DNA from: Catajapyx aquilonaris
Lineage: Eukaryota
Assembly: GCA_000934665.2 (NCBI GenBank)
Contig: KZ538290.1
Location: forward strand, 1-64,000
Length of the DNA: 64,000 nucleotides
Reading direction: 5' to 3'
The notes under the pieces were generated by a model, which was not told the DNA's origin, ran no database searches, and was given only the letters and a program-made list of their open reading frames with translations. Shown piece after piece: positions 1 through 11,323 of this stretch (position 1 is the first letter of the stretch; each line of letters begins with the position of its first letter). The translations under genes were made by a program, and so were the position numbers.

Positions 1-59
1 CCAATTTTGAAGGCACTTTTAAATGTGCCGTAATTTATCCAGTAATGTCATTTTGATGC

Positions 60-420
60 AACAGAGTGATGGAATGTATGTTTACAGGCATGGGCTAGGT
101 AGTTATGAACAAAAATCCCAAATCCCAGACCAAGGCTAGTTCCCCATTATCCCTAATTTTGTACAAATATTTGCACGTGGTACATAGTTACACGTTGGGA
201 TGCTTGTAAGTATGCGACAAAAATCTTGTACTATTTGATGTAACAATACGTCCCAGCACATGTACTATACTATACCGCAACATTTAAATCTCAATTTACT
301 GCCATAATATGGTGCGTAGTTTCCAGCAAATTCGGTTCTCTGTACTAATGGTAGCCATTTTGGCAAATGTAGTAATAATTTTGTTCCACCGCATTCCCGA
401 AGCTCCAGTTGTTTAAAACG
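60..420 (-). pseudogene. Possible BI-1-like pseudogene copy running toward the window edge
   Basis: TTCKYLYKI vs FTARYLSNL; MG-LA vs MGVA; VHNY vs MHFC/LHNC. Confidence 0.4.
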
Positions 421-459
421 TATAGGTGTACGGGGTTGCAAACATTTCAAGACTTCGCA

Positions 460-1090
460 GGTGCTCAATGGTGACACGGCAAAAGTTAACCCTGTAATCC
501 AGTTCTTCCAACACAGGTTGCAAAATATTATTATTATTATTATCATGGCTGATAGTAGCAAATGCCTCCACAATTCCTTGTAGGAGCTGTGGTAGGGGCA
601 CGTACACACAATCCTTGACGTATAACCTAGAATAATAAAAATCAACAGGGGTGTTAGGTCAGGTGACCATGGAGGCCAGACATGGTTATATGTGCACCCA
701 ATTCAACGACTGGGATGATTGGCAGTAACGAGCATGCAAATGGGAGTGTAGCGGGGCTGGAAAATGAAGTCCTCGCTACCTTCCTGTAATATTGTGGCAT
801 TAGCCACATTTCCATCATGTCCAGGTAGATGATACCGGTAACAGTTGGCAAATAAAAAATGGTCCCGTATAGACTTTGCAAGAGGATACTGCACAAAACA
901 CATTGGCTTTAGGCGAATCACGGACGTGTTCCAGGGTTGCATGGAGATTTTCTGTGCCCCTCTGCTGGAATTTGTTGTACCACTCACGTATCGTTTTGTA
1001 GGTGGTTCTGTGTGGTACTTAGTCCGAAACCTGCGTTACATCGTCACACTAGACTCACTTTGGCAAATTCCAGGGCACAGAATAATCCTG
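460..1090 (-). mobile_element. Degenerate, internally deleted Tc1/mariner-superfamily (DUF4817-type) transposase
   Basis: Frameshifted remnants: RRFRTKYHTEPPTKTIREWYNKFQQ (HTH), HATLEHVRDSPKANVFCAVSSCKVY, TVTGIIYLDMMEMWLMPQ, SEDFIFQ, WSPDLTPL, VKDCVYVP, EELDYRVNFCRVT-IEHL. Confidence 0.85.
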
Positions 1091-1174
1091 TACTCACGTT
1101 GCAATTGTTTCACGGATTATACATATGCCTATATACGTGACTATATTATGAGGAAAAATATTTCGATGTTATTT

Positions 1175-1330
1175 GACGGCATGTGGGCGTAGCGGTTTAG
1201 GGTCACAGCCTTCAACCTCTGAGGTCCCACCTTCGAACCCCGAATCGGACAGAGGAATTTATCACGTGAAAAGAGTGTCGATTGGTCCTCTCCATATTCG
1301 AGTAGTTCGGGTAGCCTTTTCTACAGCATA
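1175..1330 (+). mobile_element. tRNA-derived SINE (5' part)
   Basis: A-box-like GGCGTAGCGG and B-box-like TTCGAACC at tRNA spacing; no intact acceptor stem; 3' end approximate. Confidence 0.55.
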
Positions 1331-1349
1331 TTGATCATACCGGGTCATA

Positions 1350-1970
1350 CACCGCGAGAGTATTATAGTCGCTACAGCCTTGAATCCCTAGTTGAGAGTT
1401 CCTCTGCGCCTGCAGGTTATGCTTCCCGTGATGCAACGGTGCGGTTGCATAGAAGGTCAGGATGAGGTCAATCACGAGGCACGTGTGATTTTAATGAGAA
1501 AACACTAACTTTCAGTCATTACGGTCATTCATTACTAACTTTAATATAGGATATAGGCATTCTATATACTGAAAATTATGGATGTCATCAAAACAACTGG
1601 ATATTGCTTAATGGAGTCAAAAAGGATTGCTATTGTATGTATAAGAGGCAGTCGTAATTCCTTTTACACCAGCATAGTTCAACGTTAGATAAGACATCTA
1701 GGAACTTCAACTATAAAGCATATGCTAAGCTTCGGTACTAGTCTTGGGGCCGTCGTGTATAAGTAGCACGATAGCTAACCCAATAAAGCCACAGTTAAAT
1801 TACATCCTGGCTCTGGCATCATTAATTTCCATACCGCAAGTCCGCTATAGTCAATAAATTAAGTTAATTAAGTTAAATCTTCTCCTGAGAACACTATTTT
1901 CGTGGCAGTGAATAATTTCGTAGCTAAGAGGCACCAATCACATTTCTGCTGTGTGAGACTAACAGGTTGG
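1350..1970 (-). pseudogene. BI-1-like pseudogene copy
   Basis: SG..DLT; INDARARM vs MDDPQMLRV; G|GTTAG donor and ~70-nt intron; FLTPLSNI vs FFTARYLSNL; LILTF vs LVLVF; gctgtagcgact vs gccgtagcgaat (AVAT vs AVAN). Confidence 0.7.
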
Positions 1971-1989
1971 TACAAATACTGTGTCAGGC

Positions 1990-2960
1990 TTATTGTCTCA
2001 AGGCATGCATTATTTTTTCGGGTCTTATTTTTCCTCAAAGCGACATAAAATTGGAAATACTAAATAATATTAAGTTCGAGCTCATATTTGTAGTATTACT
2101 GCTAAGTGTCAACGGTTTAATAATTAGTAGTACCGTCAAACGGGATGACGTTGGCCGCCAGGGTGAACTTGGCCACAATTCCAAAAATGTCATTAATGAA
2201 TATTTAAGGTAACACGTGTTATAAAAATGAGACTTTCAATCACATCATGCCATTACGGCAGCGCTTACCATGTTGTACACCAAAAAAATTCACCTATGTC
2301 GGCACAGGTGATTTTTTGTGTGAACAACATGGTAAGCGCTGCCGTAGTGGCATGATGTGATTGAAAGTCTCGTTTTTATAACACGTGTTACCTTAAATAT
2401 TCATAATGACATTTTTGGAATTGTGGCCAAGTTCACCATGGCGGCCAACGTCACCCCGTTTGACGGGTTATAAAAATGGCACAATATTTCATAATACAAA
2501 CCACAATATGACTGGCAAAGTGCCGCGGAGCTTTTCACTTTTTAAACACACCTTGTGCGTACAGTTCTAAAATGAGTTTTATTAATAACGTGTCAGTGTA
2601 GGTTAAGTACATTAAGTTTTCTAAAACTGCTATTAATATAGCAGTGCCGTAATTCACCATAATTTAAAAACAAAGGATCAGATTAATATTTTTGTACCCT
2701 GTTGGGGACGGATTTAGATTGGCACTTGTTTAATCATAATCATGGGATTATGTAGCAGCATTTCACAGGCATGTAGTATGGTGTCAAATGCGCATCGCAC
2801 AAAGCCCATGAATAGAGACTATTATGCGACATAATTTTGTAATATGGCAAATAGACCCACAGCAGTTATAGCCAATTTTCATATTTAGTAATGCCAAAGA
2901 ACTCCGTTTGTAGTATTCTGAATGTGATTGACCATGACGCAGTGAAGGTCAGAAGAGAGG
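1990..2960 (-). pseudogene. BI-1-like pseudogene copy interrupted by a palindromic MITE
   Basis: LLNMKIGYNCCGSICHITKL vs LLSMTGTAAISGACAHDLTNI; ILHACEM vs MVYATNM; YGTAILIAVLENLM vs YGVAAGFQLSENVV; MKYC vs MHFC; after the MITE, LILFSISNFM vs LVLVFIYQYM. Confidence 0.7.
2133..2466. mobile_element. Fully palindromic MITE, pogo/Tc1-like ends
   Basis: TA|CCGTCAAACGGG...CCCGTTTGACGG; about 167-bp arms pair to the centre (~2300) with few mismatches. Confidence 0.85.
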
Positions 2961-3049
2961 GTGTGTACCCGGAGACAAACATACAGAGGTCATCGAATCC
3001 GTATTATAGGCTCGGAGCACTTGACAAATTGGCCGCTAGTACAACGCAC

Positions 3050-3590
3050 TTACTTGACATGCAGTTTGCACGGAAGCATTTTTCATACTATTCTTGCAGA
3101 AGCCTTTTATTTTCTTTATTGACAATAATGCAAATATGTCAGTCACTTCACGTAACTAGCGTAATAAGTGACACCAACAAGTCAAAATAAGCTGCGCTAT
3201 ATGCCATGATGTAAGCTCGTATACGGTATATGCTGCGCGTGTCAACCTACACAATTTTATTAAAATAACCGTCTCCATTAAGGTCCAAAAAATTACCAGA
3301 AAAATATTGCGCCACAGCCAGAAGAATATAACAAGAAGAAACTTTTCCGTCCAGAAGCCACAAAAAGCAAGCAACATTCTCCGAAATTAAGCACAAAGTA
3401 CAAAATCTGTGGTGGGCGAAATGGAAACGCCATAGACCTTCCACAGGTTTCCCGGAAAACTGTTTGGGGGGGGGGGGGGGGGGAANTCAGCCAGAACACT
3501 CCAGTTGCCACATCATTCAACCCCCACACCAACCGTCGAAAGTAATTTTTCTTCCTATCCAATTTCCTGATCGAGCCCTACAGCTACCTA
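3050..3590 (-). pseudogene. BI-1-like pseudogene copy (spans the N/poly-G assembly break at 3486)
   Basis: KLDRKKNYF vs ALNRSEKRF; ISENV...VSSCYILLAVAQYFS vs LSENV...IVSCYGFFFTARYLS; YLHY vs YMHF; NASVQTA vs DAIVAVA. Confidence 0.75.
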
Positions 3591-3599
3591 GATTGAAAT

Positions 3600-4208
3600 G
3601 ACTGTGTTATTGGTCCTCGCTATAACAGGTACTCGTTACATTCATCTACTTATGTTGCCCTACCGTGTCATATTAGACCACACTATTCGCCAAGTTCCCA
3701 AGTCCCCCTCAAATTATGAGCATTTATTGGCGACAACACTGCCTTGTACTTCATGAATAATTGAGCAGAAATGCGACGCAGCCTGAATCTCCAGTTGATA
3801 TCTATCACGATGGAAGTTACGTGATTAATGCCACTCAAGACGGAGGAAACCGGAGAAGCACAAGTGGGGGCATGCCACTCCTAAGAGGCTTCTAAAAGCT
3901 ATTACCCAATTGCGTGTCTGGTGCGAAATGTGTAGACCTAGCCTTGGGTGGGGTCCCGTGGTCCCACACGCTGACCTGACACAGAATGGGACTTGTCATC
4001 CGGAAAATTATAAGTTCTACTGGATTTGAAAGGACGTCATGCAGGTGCCCAGCATTGTATGCATGATGAAAACAGCAGAGCAGAAAAGTGCACTTCGTGA
4101 CCAGTTTCCCAACGGCAATGGCCTCTACGTCTATATGCAATGATTTGTGTTGTATATTACCGGTACCTCTTTTACTCACGCAATGAAAGCAACAGTGGCG
4201 TGTAACAT
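3600..4208 (-). pseudogene. BI-1-like pseudogene copy
   Basis: Short ATG exon with phase-2 GTGAGT donor (4179); RRG; nucleotides ggcacctg----catgacgtc vs ggtgcctgtgcacatgatctc (GACAHDL); P..LII; phase-1 G|GTAATA donor; SGCVAF..AQLF. Confidence 0.6.
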
Positions 4209-4229
4209 ATTGGATGGAGGATGAATAAT

Positions 4230-4700
4230 TAAAGTTGCGATTTCTTTAAAGAATTCGTAGTGGTAGTTTGGTTCAATATTTTTCGCATAGTTTCCTCCAT
4301 AGAGTGGATACCTTTTGATTAAGCTACTTATAAGCCGTGCCCTCCAGTTTAATCAAATGCATGTGAGTACTGTTGTTACTGATGTAACACTTTATTGCTG
4401 TCGAAGAAGCGGTTACACCACAGATTAGCAAATGCGTACAGTTATAGTCTTCACTCTCGATCGTTTCCTGTCTTTTATTGCGCCGGATAGTAGCAGCTCT
4501 GGAAATCGCCTTCCAGCTATGATTAAACGCGTTTTATCGATCATTAATACTAAAAATGACCTATTCCGCCAAGGGTCCGAAAAACTTACACCACATTATT
4601 GACTTCTCTCTCGCTGTCAGTCATGCCTGCCAACAGAGCAATTTTTCATTTTGACTGAATAAGAGTATTTCTCACGCCAGTTCCTGCCGTGTTCCTGAAT
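4230..4700 (-). pseudogene. Possible BI-1-like pseudogene copy (weak)
   Basis: attcag acceptor, EILLFS, SRVKTI vs LRVFYI, FANLCG|gt; short matches only. Confidence 0.35.
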
Positions 4701-4739
4701 ACAATAACACGACATATTTACGGCGGATAGTTTATTAAT

Positions 4740-5250
4740 TGTGTGGGTCATCTTTGGTGACATTTCGGAGAAAAATGTTGATAGATTTCTGAATATGATG
4801 CACTACTAGTGCATGTCACTTTTTATTCCCATGAATCCTGTGAACAATATAATTATTCCATGTAACTGTTCTAGCGTAAAATGTAGATGCATTAGATACA
4901 TCATAATTATGCAAATGAGTACATGTGTATAAAAATTGCAAATCTAAACAATTTAAATTGCGAAAAATATTTTCAGGAAAGGACAATATCTCATCAGTAT
5001 CAGCTTATTAGTAATTTATCAGTGCCATTATTTGCAAGAAAGGCAATTGAATTGCTGGTTGCGGGTCGCGCCTAAATTCCATCAAAATGCAATTGACTCA
5101 TCCCTCACATTTGGAGGTTGTGAGGTTGATACTACACCTCTACATTCATCAAGTCAAGTAATTGAGTAGCGCATTATGATTTAATTGAATTATATTCAGG
5201 GATAAAATTAAGCCCATATGTTCAGTTTCACTGAGCGGATGCGAAATACT
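4740..5250 (-). pseudogene. BI-1-like pseudogene copy
   Basis: LSETE vs LNRSE; LMEF..DPQ vs LMVY..DPQ; FPENIF vs LSENVV; FLYTCTHLHN vs FFFTARYLSN. Confidence 0.55.
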
Positions 5251-5315
5251 GCAGATAATTCAACCGAAAAATCCAACTTTCTACAAAGAGCATTATTAGA
5301 TCACGGTTTGGCCTA

Positions 5316-5950
5316 TTAAAAGCGTACGTCATGATGACCCACACCAGAGAAAATTGGTGTACATTTTACATCACAGGCCGAATATACGTCGTACGATGTC
5401 GTGTAAAAAATAACTAGGTAAATAAAATTTTTAAAGTGAGGATTTGTGCTCAAATTCATTATACGATCCTCTCGCTGTAACATATCGCACGTGAATTTTA
5501 ACAGTTTTTTGACAGTTATGTAGGCAATGGGATACATAAGTGCTAATGGCATCCCTAAACATCTGTAAGGATAATTTACATCTCGAAGTAAACATTAATA
5601 AATACTGAGAATTTTCTCTCTGGAGTCATCACGATTTCTAATGTTGTCCCAAACGACAACAGGGAGTCATAAAATCAGGTCGAATCCTGCGGCTGTTTTT
5701 TTGCCATTCAGATTATGGTAATCAAGCACTCCATTATAGAACTATGCGGGAAAGAGGATCTACCTGATAAATATACCCCAGGGTGTTTATTTCCAGTGGA
5801 AGATCCCGCCTTCTGCGTAACCTTTGGCCCAATATAGGTTTAAAACACAAGCAGGGGTGAGAAATGTCGAGGGAGCCCGAGGTAAACGACCTGATACATT
5901 GTACTAGTCCTAGACACACGCGGCAACACACACCACACCTTTTTGAAAAA
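5316..5950 (-). pseudogene. BI-1-like pseudogene copy
   Basis: About 70-nt intron ending ccgcag; LGMPLA vs VGMGVA; LHNC vs MHFC; IYLVIFYTTSYDVYSACDV aligns ungapped to FYLVLVFIYQYMHFSLKDF; GHHD vs GRLD. Confidence 0.75.
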
Positions 5951-6219
5951 TGGGCCCCCTCACTGTCCTTACAGTCCCTGTAGATTTAAACAGGGAGGTT
6001 AAATATTGGTACATTACAGGGTGCGAGTGTGGTAATCATCTCTTTTTGCAGTAATGATTACCACGCTTATAACCTGCTTCTTAGGCAACTATTGTACGGT
6101 GATTCCATGCCTAATCTATCAAAAAGGTGTAATGTTGCCGCTTGTGTCTAGGGGCATCTATCTTCTTAGCAGTTAGTCACTGGACAATTCTCACCCCTAC
6201 ATTTTAGGACTGTTGGAGC

Positions 6220-7000
6220 AAGCAATTACGATGGCGAATCTTCCACTAGTAAGAAATACCCTGTATAGAAGGGATCGCTGAAATCCTGGAAGGTAACTTA
6301 GAAGTTCAGCATATCATAATGTATAAGGGACATCACAGCGGATATGAATCAACTGATCTTATCTATAAATAGAGGTAAAGTAATAAATTCTCCTGTTGAA
6401 ATTGCTAGAAATGGTACTTAAATTTCCGACTTTTTATTATGGCTTCTTAGCCCGAAATGACAGTTTTAAAATGTCAAGCAGGTCTTTCAGGAAATATTAG
6501 CAAACACTTCATTTCCTACCGATTTTGAACGAATACTTTCCCACGACAGATTGATAGTGCCAATCACTTTTTAAGCACAGTGTCCTATTTTCCCATGTGG
6601 ACAATCTAGCAGTTTATAATAACTGTTGAAAGCGGACATAAAGCGAAAAAAGGCCAAGGAGCAAAACCGCACACCATTCTAAAAAGTCTCTCGTGAGGCT
6701 TGGCCCTCGTCAATGATTTATCAAATTACCCAGGATCAATACATTTTTCATGCAATTACCTGCGAGGCTTTTCGCCATAACCAAGCGTATGATCAAAATT
6801 TAAATTCTAACCAAAACATCCCCTTGCTTTGCTTGACCGTCAGTCTCATAAACAATTCATGCTGCATTGCGCCGCAGTATCCCTTGATCGCAGGCCACGC
6901 GTGTAGCGGTCGTGATGCATTGGAAGAGAACGAGAACACTGCACGCAAACACCTGATGTACCATACCTCTTTGGGAATCGGCTCAATTTGGTATTCACAG
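6220..7000 (-). pseudogene. BI-1-like pseudogene copy
   Basis: KLSRFPKRY vs ALNRSEKRF; IVYETD vs MVYATN; LVRI*IL vs MLRVFYI; phase-1 G|GTAATT donor at 6759; FAPW vs IAPY; IHYDMLNF (6301-6324) vs MHFSLKDF. Confidence 0.7.
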
Positions 7001-7649
7001 GCAGCTAGAGAGACCAAAAGTGTAGTCAGTTCCTACACTCCCTGTTGCACTGACGTCATTTTCATGCCTATTCTGACCCTACACAATCTCGTTTTGGGCT
7101 GCTACCATTCCGTCAGGTCGCCATAAGGCTTTCCTCCCAGGAGGAAAGTTAGAGGAAACTCCTTCCGCCATGCAACTTCTGCATTTGCTGCAGTAGCTGC
7201 ATGTGATTGAAGATAACGGGGACTAAGTGGTCGAAAAATCTTGCTTCAACATTCCACGGAAAAGATTTTGCATATGCAGTAAAGTTTTCGCATCTAATTT
7301 TCAAAGCTGAAGAGCCAGAGAAATTCCAGATTTTTTTTTCCTTCTCCGGAAATCTGAACAATATACACTGACTTGTGAGACAAGTTACCCCCAAAAACTC
7401 CTTTTGGCGTCTCTTCCAAGTTCCAACTTTAGGGTGTAGTAAGAGATACGATAAATTTCCTCATGGCTGTATATCTGCTTCTTAACTCGCCCAACATGCT
7501 AAGGCCATTAGAAGAGAAAGCATGGGTGTACTATAGTGGGAATAACGTGGCAACAAGGACGGTCAGAGCGTGGGTTAATGTGGGAGCATTTCCTGGACCT
7601 CATCACACTGGCTAGAGGTGTGGGACGTGTCCAAGGAAATTGAGTTTAA

Positions 7650-8250
7650 TGTCTTTTTAAGGTAATATTTGTGTTAGGCTGTTTTTTACCGTTGTTATGT
7701 AGTGGAGGGTAGTTAACCTATCGGATTTCCATCAGCATATGTTACGTTGAATTTACTATGGACTCGCAGGGTTGAAGACCTACTGGTTGTTGAGCCATTA
7801 TCCCACAAAACTATAAATTGCAAAATGTGCAGTAACGGAATTATTAGGACTGAATAATGGGGTATATTTTAACAGGACTGTTAAATTGCAGATATATGAA
7901 CACTTCTGTATGATACATCACATAATCGGATAATCTAAAACCATATATAGATATACACTGCCAGTGCAATTTAATGTGATATGAAAACTGCCTTTGCTCG
8001 TATAACCTCTATGCTGGAGTGGTTTACTTAAACTTCAGTATTTTTCGAGATTAATTCACGACATTTTGCACCATAGCTGCTTAGAGTGCTTCAGTTTTGG
8101 GTTAACTCTATACTTTCACATCAGAATAATTGCTTATTATTATAATGTGCAAGGGTATAAAAACTCTGTCAAACTTACTTCTCACCTTATTCAGCCACGA
8201 CCACATTTAGTCCTTGAAGTATAATATTGCAATAGACATAAATCAGTTCT
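7650..8250 (-). pseudogene. BI-1-like pseudogene copy
   Basis: PKLKHS vs PALNRS; GFRLSDYVM (7916-7942) vs GFQLSENVV; FCG; TLHY vs YMHF, in colinear order. Confidence 0.55.
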
Positions 8251-8298
8251 TGCCTATAATTCTGGATAAAACTTTGACTTTTTTAACATATTCATATT

Positions 8299-8660
8299 CA
8301 TAATAATAATAGGGTATAGTGTTGACCTCTACGAGGTATTACACAGACCTTTATTCCTGTGCTTTACAATCAAGACATGGTTGTTCCGACGCAGAGCCCT
8401 GGTCCACGGGCGTGGGGGGAAGGGAAGATTCCCAAGGGAGGGCGCTCTTAAATATAGTTTCTAGTCATTTTTGACACTCTTAAATACCAGACCTTTTCTC
8501 CTGGCCCTGAGCAGAGAAGGGAGTGTGAATATGTCCGGACATGTCGGGTGAAAAACGGAAAAAGACCCGACCAAGCAGAGGTGACGCGGACGGGATTTGA
8601 ACCTCGGACCTCCCGTTTGGCTGGCCAGTAACATATAGCCACTTGACCACCATGCCCCTC
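8299..8660 (-). mobile_element. Full-length tRNA-derived SINE
   Basis: A box TGGTCAAGTGG, B box GGTTCAAATCC, (ATT)n tail, and a 14-bp target-site duplication with 1 mismatch (8285-8298 aacatattcatatt; 8661-8674 aatatattcatatt). Confidence 0.85.
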
Positions 8661-9099
8661 AATATATTCATATTACCATTATCACAAATCACATTTAAAA
8701 CACACCCGTATAGGTATTGCCGAACTTCTAAAATCCGTGTGTAACACCCCGAGGTCAATACTGTAGGTTTTGGCCATCGTCCCATATGATGGGGTGTTAT
8801 AAAAGTTCGTGACCTTTTTTGCGATTGTGTTACAAATCCGTGAATTTGACGGAGACATGAAAAGCGGACCACTCTTAAAACCCCCATATGGACTTATTTC
8901 AAATCCCTGCCACATTCCTCCAGCTCAGAAGAGATGAAGATAGTGCGGAGCATAGTGTTGGTGGCTAACATCGTTATTGAACGGTCATCGCGTATGGTGG
9001 CAACGGGAATGCATGGGTGCCGAGGCAACATTAGACTATATTCCACAAAGTTCAAAAATGATCGTAACACCCTCCTACATGAAAACTACTTAGACCACT

Positions 9100-9360
9100 T
9101 ATTTGGCCAAAGCGAGGGAACTGTTCAATGAGTACCTGCTCCTGCACTGGGTACCTAAATGTTGCCGCCAAAGCAGAAGGCAGTTTTTCGGTATATATCA
9201 CATGGAATTTGAACCCAGAGAGGTTTTACTTTCGCCTGGTTACTCAGGACCCAATGTGGGTTTCTCACTTCGATCCTGAGAACAAAGGTGAATCGAAGTG
9301 CCGGAAGCATCCGCGTTTTCCTCTCCCGAAGAAGTTCAGGGTGCAGACCAGTGACTCGGG
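9100..9360 (+). mobile_element. Degenerate mariner transposase fragment
   Basis: WVPK motif, then NPERFYFRLVTQDPMWVSHFDPENKGESKCRKHPRFPLPKKFRVQTS, like mariner RIVTGDETWVHHFDPETKRQSMQWKHPGSPPPKKF. Confidence 0.85.
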
Positions 9361-9489
9361 ATATACGCTGCCAGCACACATAGTGAGATACTGTGCTGAT
9401 GGCGTAAACACTTCACCACCATCGGTGTTAAGTTAGTGAAGTTTGGTGTACAACTAGATGCTATAGTTAAAGTGTGATTTTGTGTGTGT

Positions 9490-10073
9490 TGTCACATCTC
9501 ATTATACGAATTATACTTAACAAATGCAGCATACAGTACATTAATATCAACGTTTATGCTAGGACATACTGTATACAAGAGGAGGAGGCTGCAAAAGTCC
9601 ACCTCTTCGGATAACTGCTGGGTAGCCATCATTACGAAGTGAAACAGATGGAAATAAAACGCACGAGTTCCTGACAATTTTAGCACATTTGAAACATTAA
9701 ATAATGAAAACATAAATGGCAGAACTATAGGAGTAACTATTTTGAGATATGAAAGTTTAAAACTTGAAGATTGTGGTGTCCCTTATGGGATATTTTGATT
9801 CCGAATGATGTTCTACACCTGTGGTATCAACTAATGTATCATAGTTTCAAACACTCTGTAACTTAGACTGTGTCCAAATTGAAACATCATTGAGGTGGTT
9901 AGCTATTTTTGGCACAAAACTGCTTCTCATTAAGAAGTTGCTTTAAGAGGTTTATTTTTGAAAGTTCTCACAAATATTACCTCGAGTACGTATTACCTGC
10001 TAATATTGGGTTGACTGAAACGCATATACCTGAGGCCCGGTGTCACAGCCTTGAGAAGCGTTTTATGGTCCAT
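9490..10073 (-). pseudogene. BI-1-like pseudogene copy, 3'-truncated next to the mariner remnant
   Basis: MD...QPNIS(R) with AGCAG|GT donor like exon 1; NEKQF vs SEKRF; KGHHNLQVLNF vs KSHHNVRIPLNI in the 13.8 kb copy; QLSEEV...YTV vs QLSENV...YIV. Confidence 0.6.
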
Positions 10074-10551
10074 AAAGAGAGGAACTGTCCCACAAGGTGC
10101 GACACATTTGCATCCCCTTCTGGTGTTTGTTTCTCTGCTGACATAGTTTCTCCTCAGAAATCATCATTATAAACACGTTGTATAGACTATATTATATTAT
10201 AGCATGACTGTTTAATTATAGGCGGTGTAATGCAAAAAAAAACTGATGATAACAACATTGACATTTCAACTGGAACACACTGCATACTACTGTACGTATA
10301 TCCCAAGCATAATCTTTCCTGAAGTTGTGAAGTATCTTATTCATTTTTAGAGACAATGCTCTTTTTTTCAACACCCATTTCAAAAATGCATTCTCTCAAT
10401 AGTCACGCCAAACACGAATAGAAACACAAGAATGTATTTAATTCAATTTTATTCACAACAAATTTCTCTATGTTCAGTAGGTCAAAACAAGCATAGTAAT
10501 TGCAATTTACTCGAAAATGTGTGGACGCGTCATAGCCTAATGATCTGAATA

Positions 10552-10677
10552 TTAAGCGAAGAAATTCGCTACGGCGACAATTGCATCGAGCCTCCCACGT
10601 CGATAATCATAAATGAAGTCCTTCAAGCTGAAGTGCATATATTGATATATGAATACCAGGACAAGATAGAACCTACA
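10552..10677 (-). CDS. Divergent BI-1-like gene, exon 4 (terminal)
   Basis: tttcag acceptor; CRFYLVLVFIYQYMHFSLKDFIYDYRRGRLDAIVAVANFFA* aligns without gaps to BI-1 [41 protein letters not shown]; total CDS 678 nt = 225 aa; minus-strand AATAAA at 10448-10453. Confidence 0.85.
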   Translation of the reverse strand, partial: CRFYLVLVFIYQYMHFSLKDFIYDYRRGRLDAIVAVANFFA

Positions 10678-10743
10678 CTGAAAGTAGCAAAACACCAGCA
10701 TCATTATTAAACCCTCATTTGCATTGTCCCTTCTTAGACTCAC

Positions 10744-10958
10744 CTTGGAGATGACAGCCAAAAAAGTCAGAGGTCCGCAAAAATGCATGGTCAACAATGC
10801 AAGCAGAGTGGCTACTCCCATACCGACATGTGTTACCCATGTTAGATTTGACAAGTAGCGTGCGGTGAAGAAAAAACCGTAACATGACACTATGTAGGGT
10901 GCAATTGCCATCGACACGACATTCTCGGATAGCTGAAATCCTGCCGCCACTCCGTAAC
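10744..10958 (-). CDS. Divergent BI-1-like gene, exon 3
   Basis: A 72-nt intron (CTGAC branch, cgcag acceptor) removes two in-frame stops; exon reads GYGVAAGFQLSENVVSMAIAPYIVSCYGFFFTARYLSN...MHFCGPLTFLAVISK; donor AAG|GTGAGT. Confidence 0.85.
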
Positions 10959-11030
10959 CTGCGGGTTATGTCAGTGAGTACCACCTGAAGTATGTTGCAT
11001 GACTGTATAGTATAGTAGGCCACAACTAAC

Positions 11031-11323
11031 CGAACGTGAAAGATGCCAGGAGTATATAGAAGACCCTTAACATCTGAGGATCATCCATGTTTGTAGCGTA
11101 CACCATCAATTTGATGATCACATAACATGAAATGATTACAAGAGTTGGGGTGCGCCACTCTATATTGGTGAGATCATGTGCACAGGCACCAGAGATTGCT
11201 GCTGTGCCGGTCATACTCAGCAATAGGAACATTTCCATCAAGAATCGCTTTTCTGATCGGTTCAGAGCTGGGCCGCGTCGTACTTGACTTCTTTCGGATC
11301 GGGGAAATGCCGCTATGAAAAAT
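11031..11323 (-). CDS. Divergent BI-1-like gene, exon 2
   Basis: ttcttccttttcag acceptor; open frame FFIAAF...LNRSEKRFLMEMFLLLSMTGTAAISGACAHDLT...MLRVFYILLASFTFG aligns with BI-1 [33 protein letters not shown]...KRLGLLAGFAFLTG; donor G|GTTAGT. Confidence 0.85.

Noticed and set aside
4030..4140. LPLGNWSRSALF...SFQ resembling canonical BI-1 LFLGGILMSAL...LFQ
   Set aside because: A different reading matches exon 2 of the local intact paralogue better, at nucleotide level and in splice phases. This shows by-eye frameshifted matches can mislead.
7149..7394. THAP-like pattern (C...LFRFP...W...CENF)
   Set aside because: The C2CH zinc ligands are incomplete and no transposase follows.
8580..8660. 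tRNA-like sequence with A and B boxes (also 1175-1250)
   Set aside because: No proper cloverleaf; continues into a body, tail and target duplication, so it is a SINE head and not a tRNA gene.
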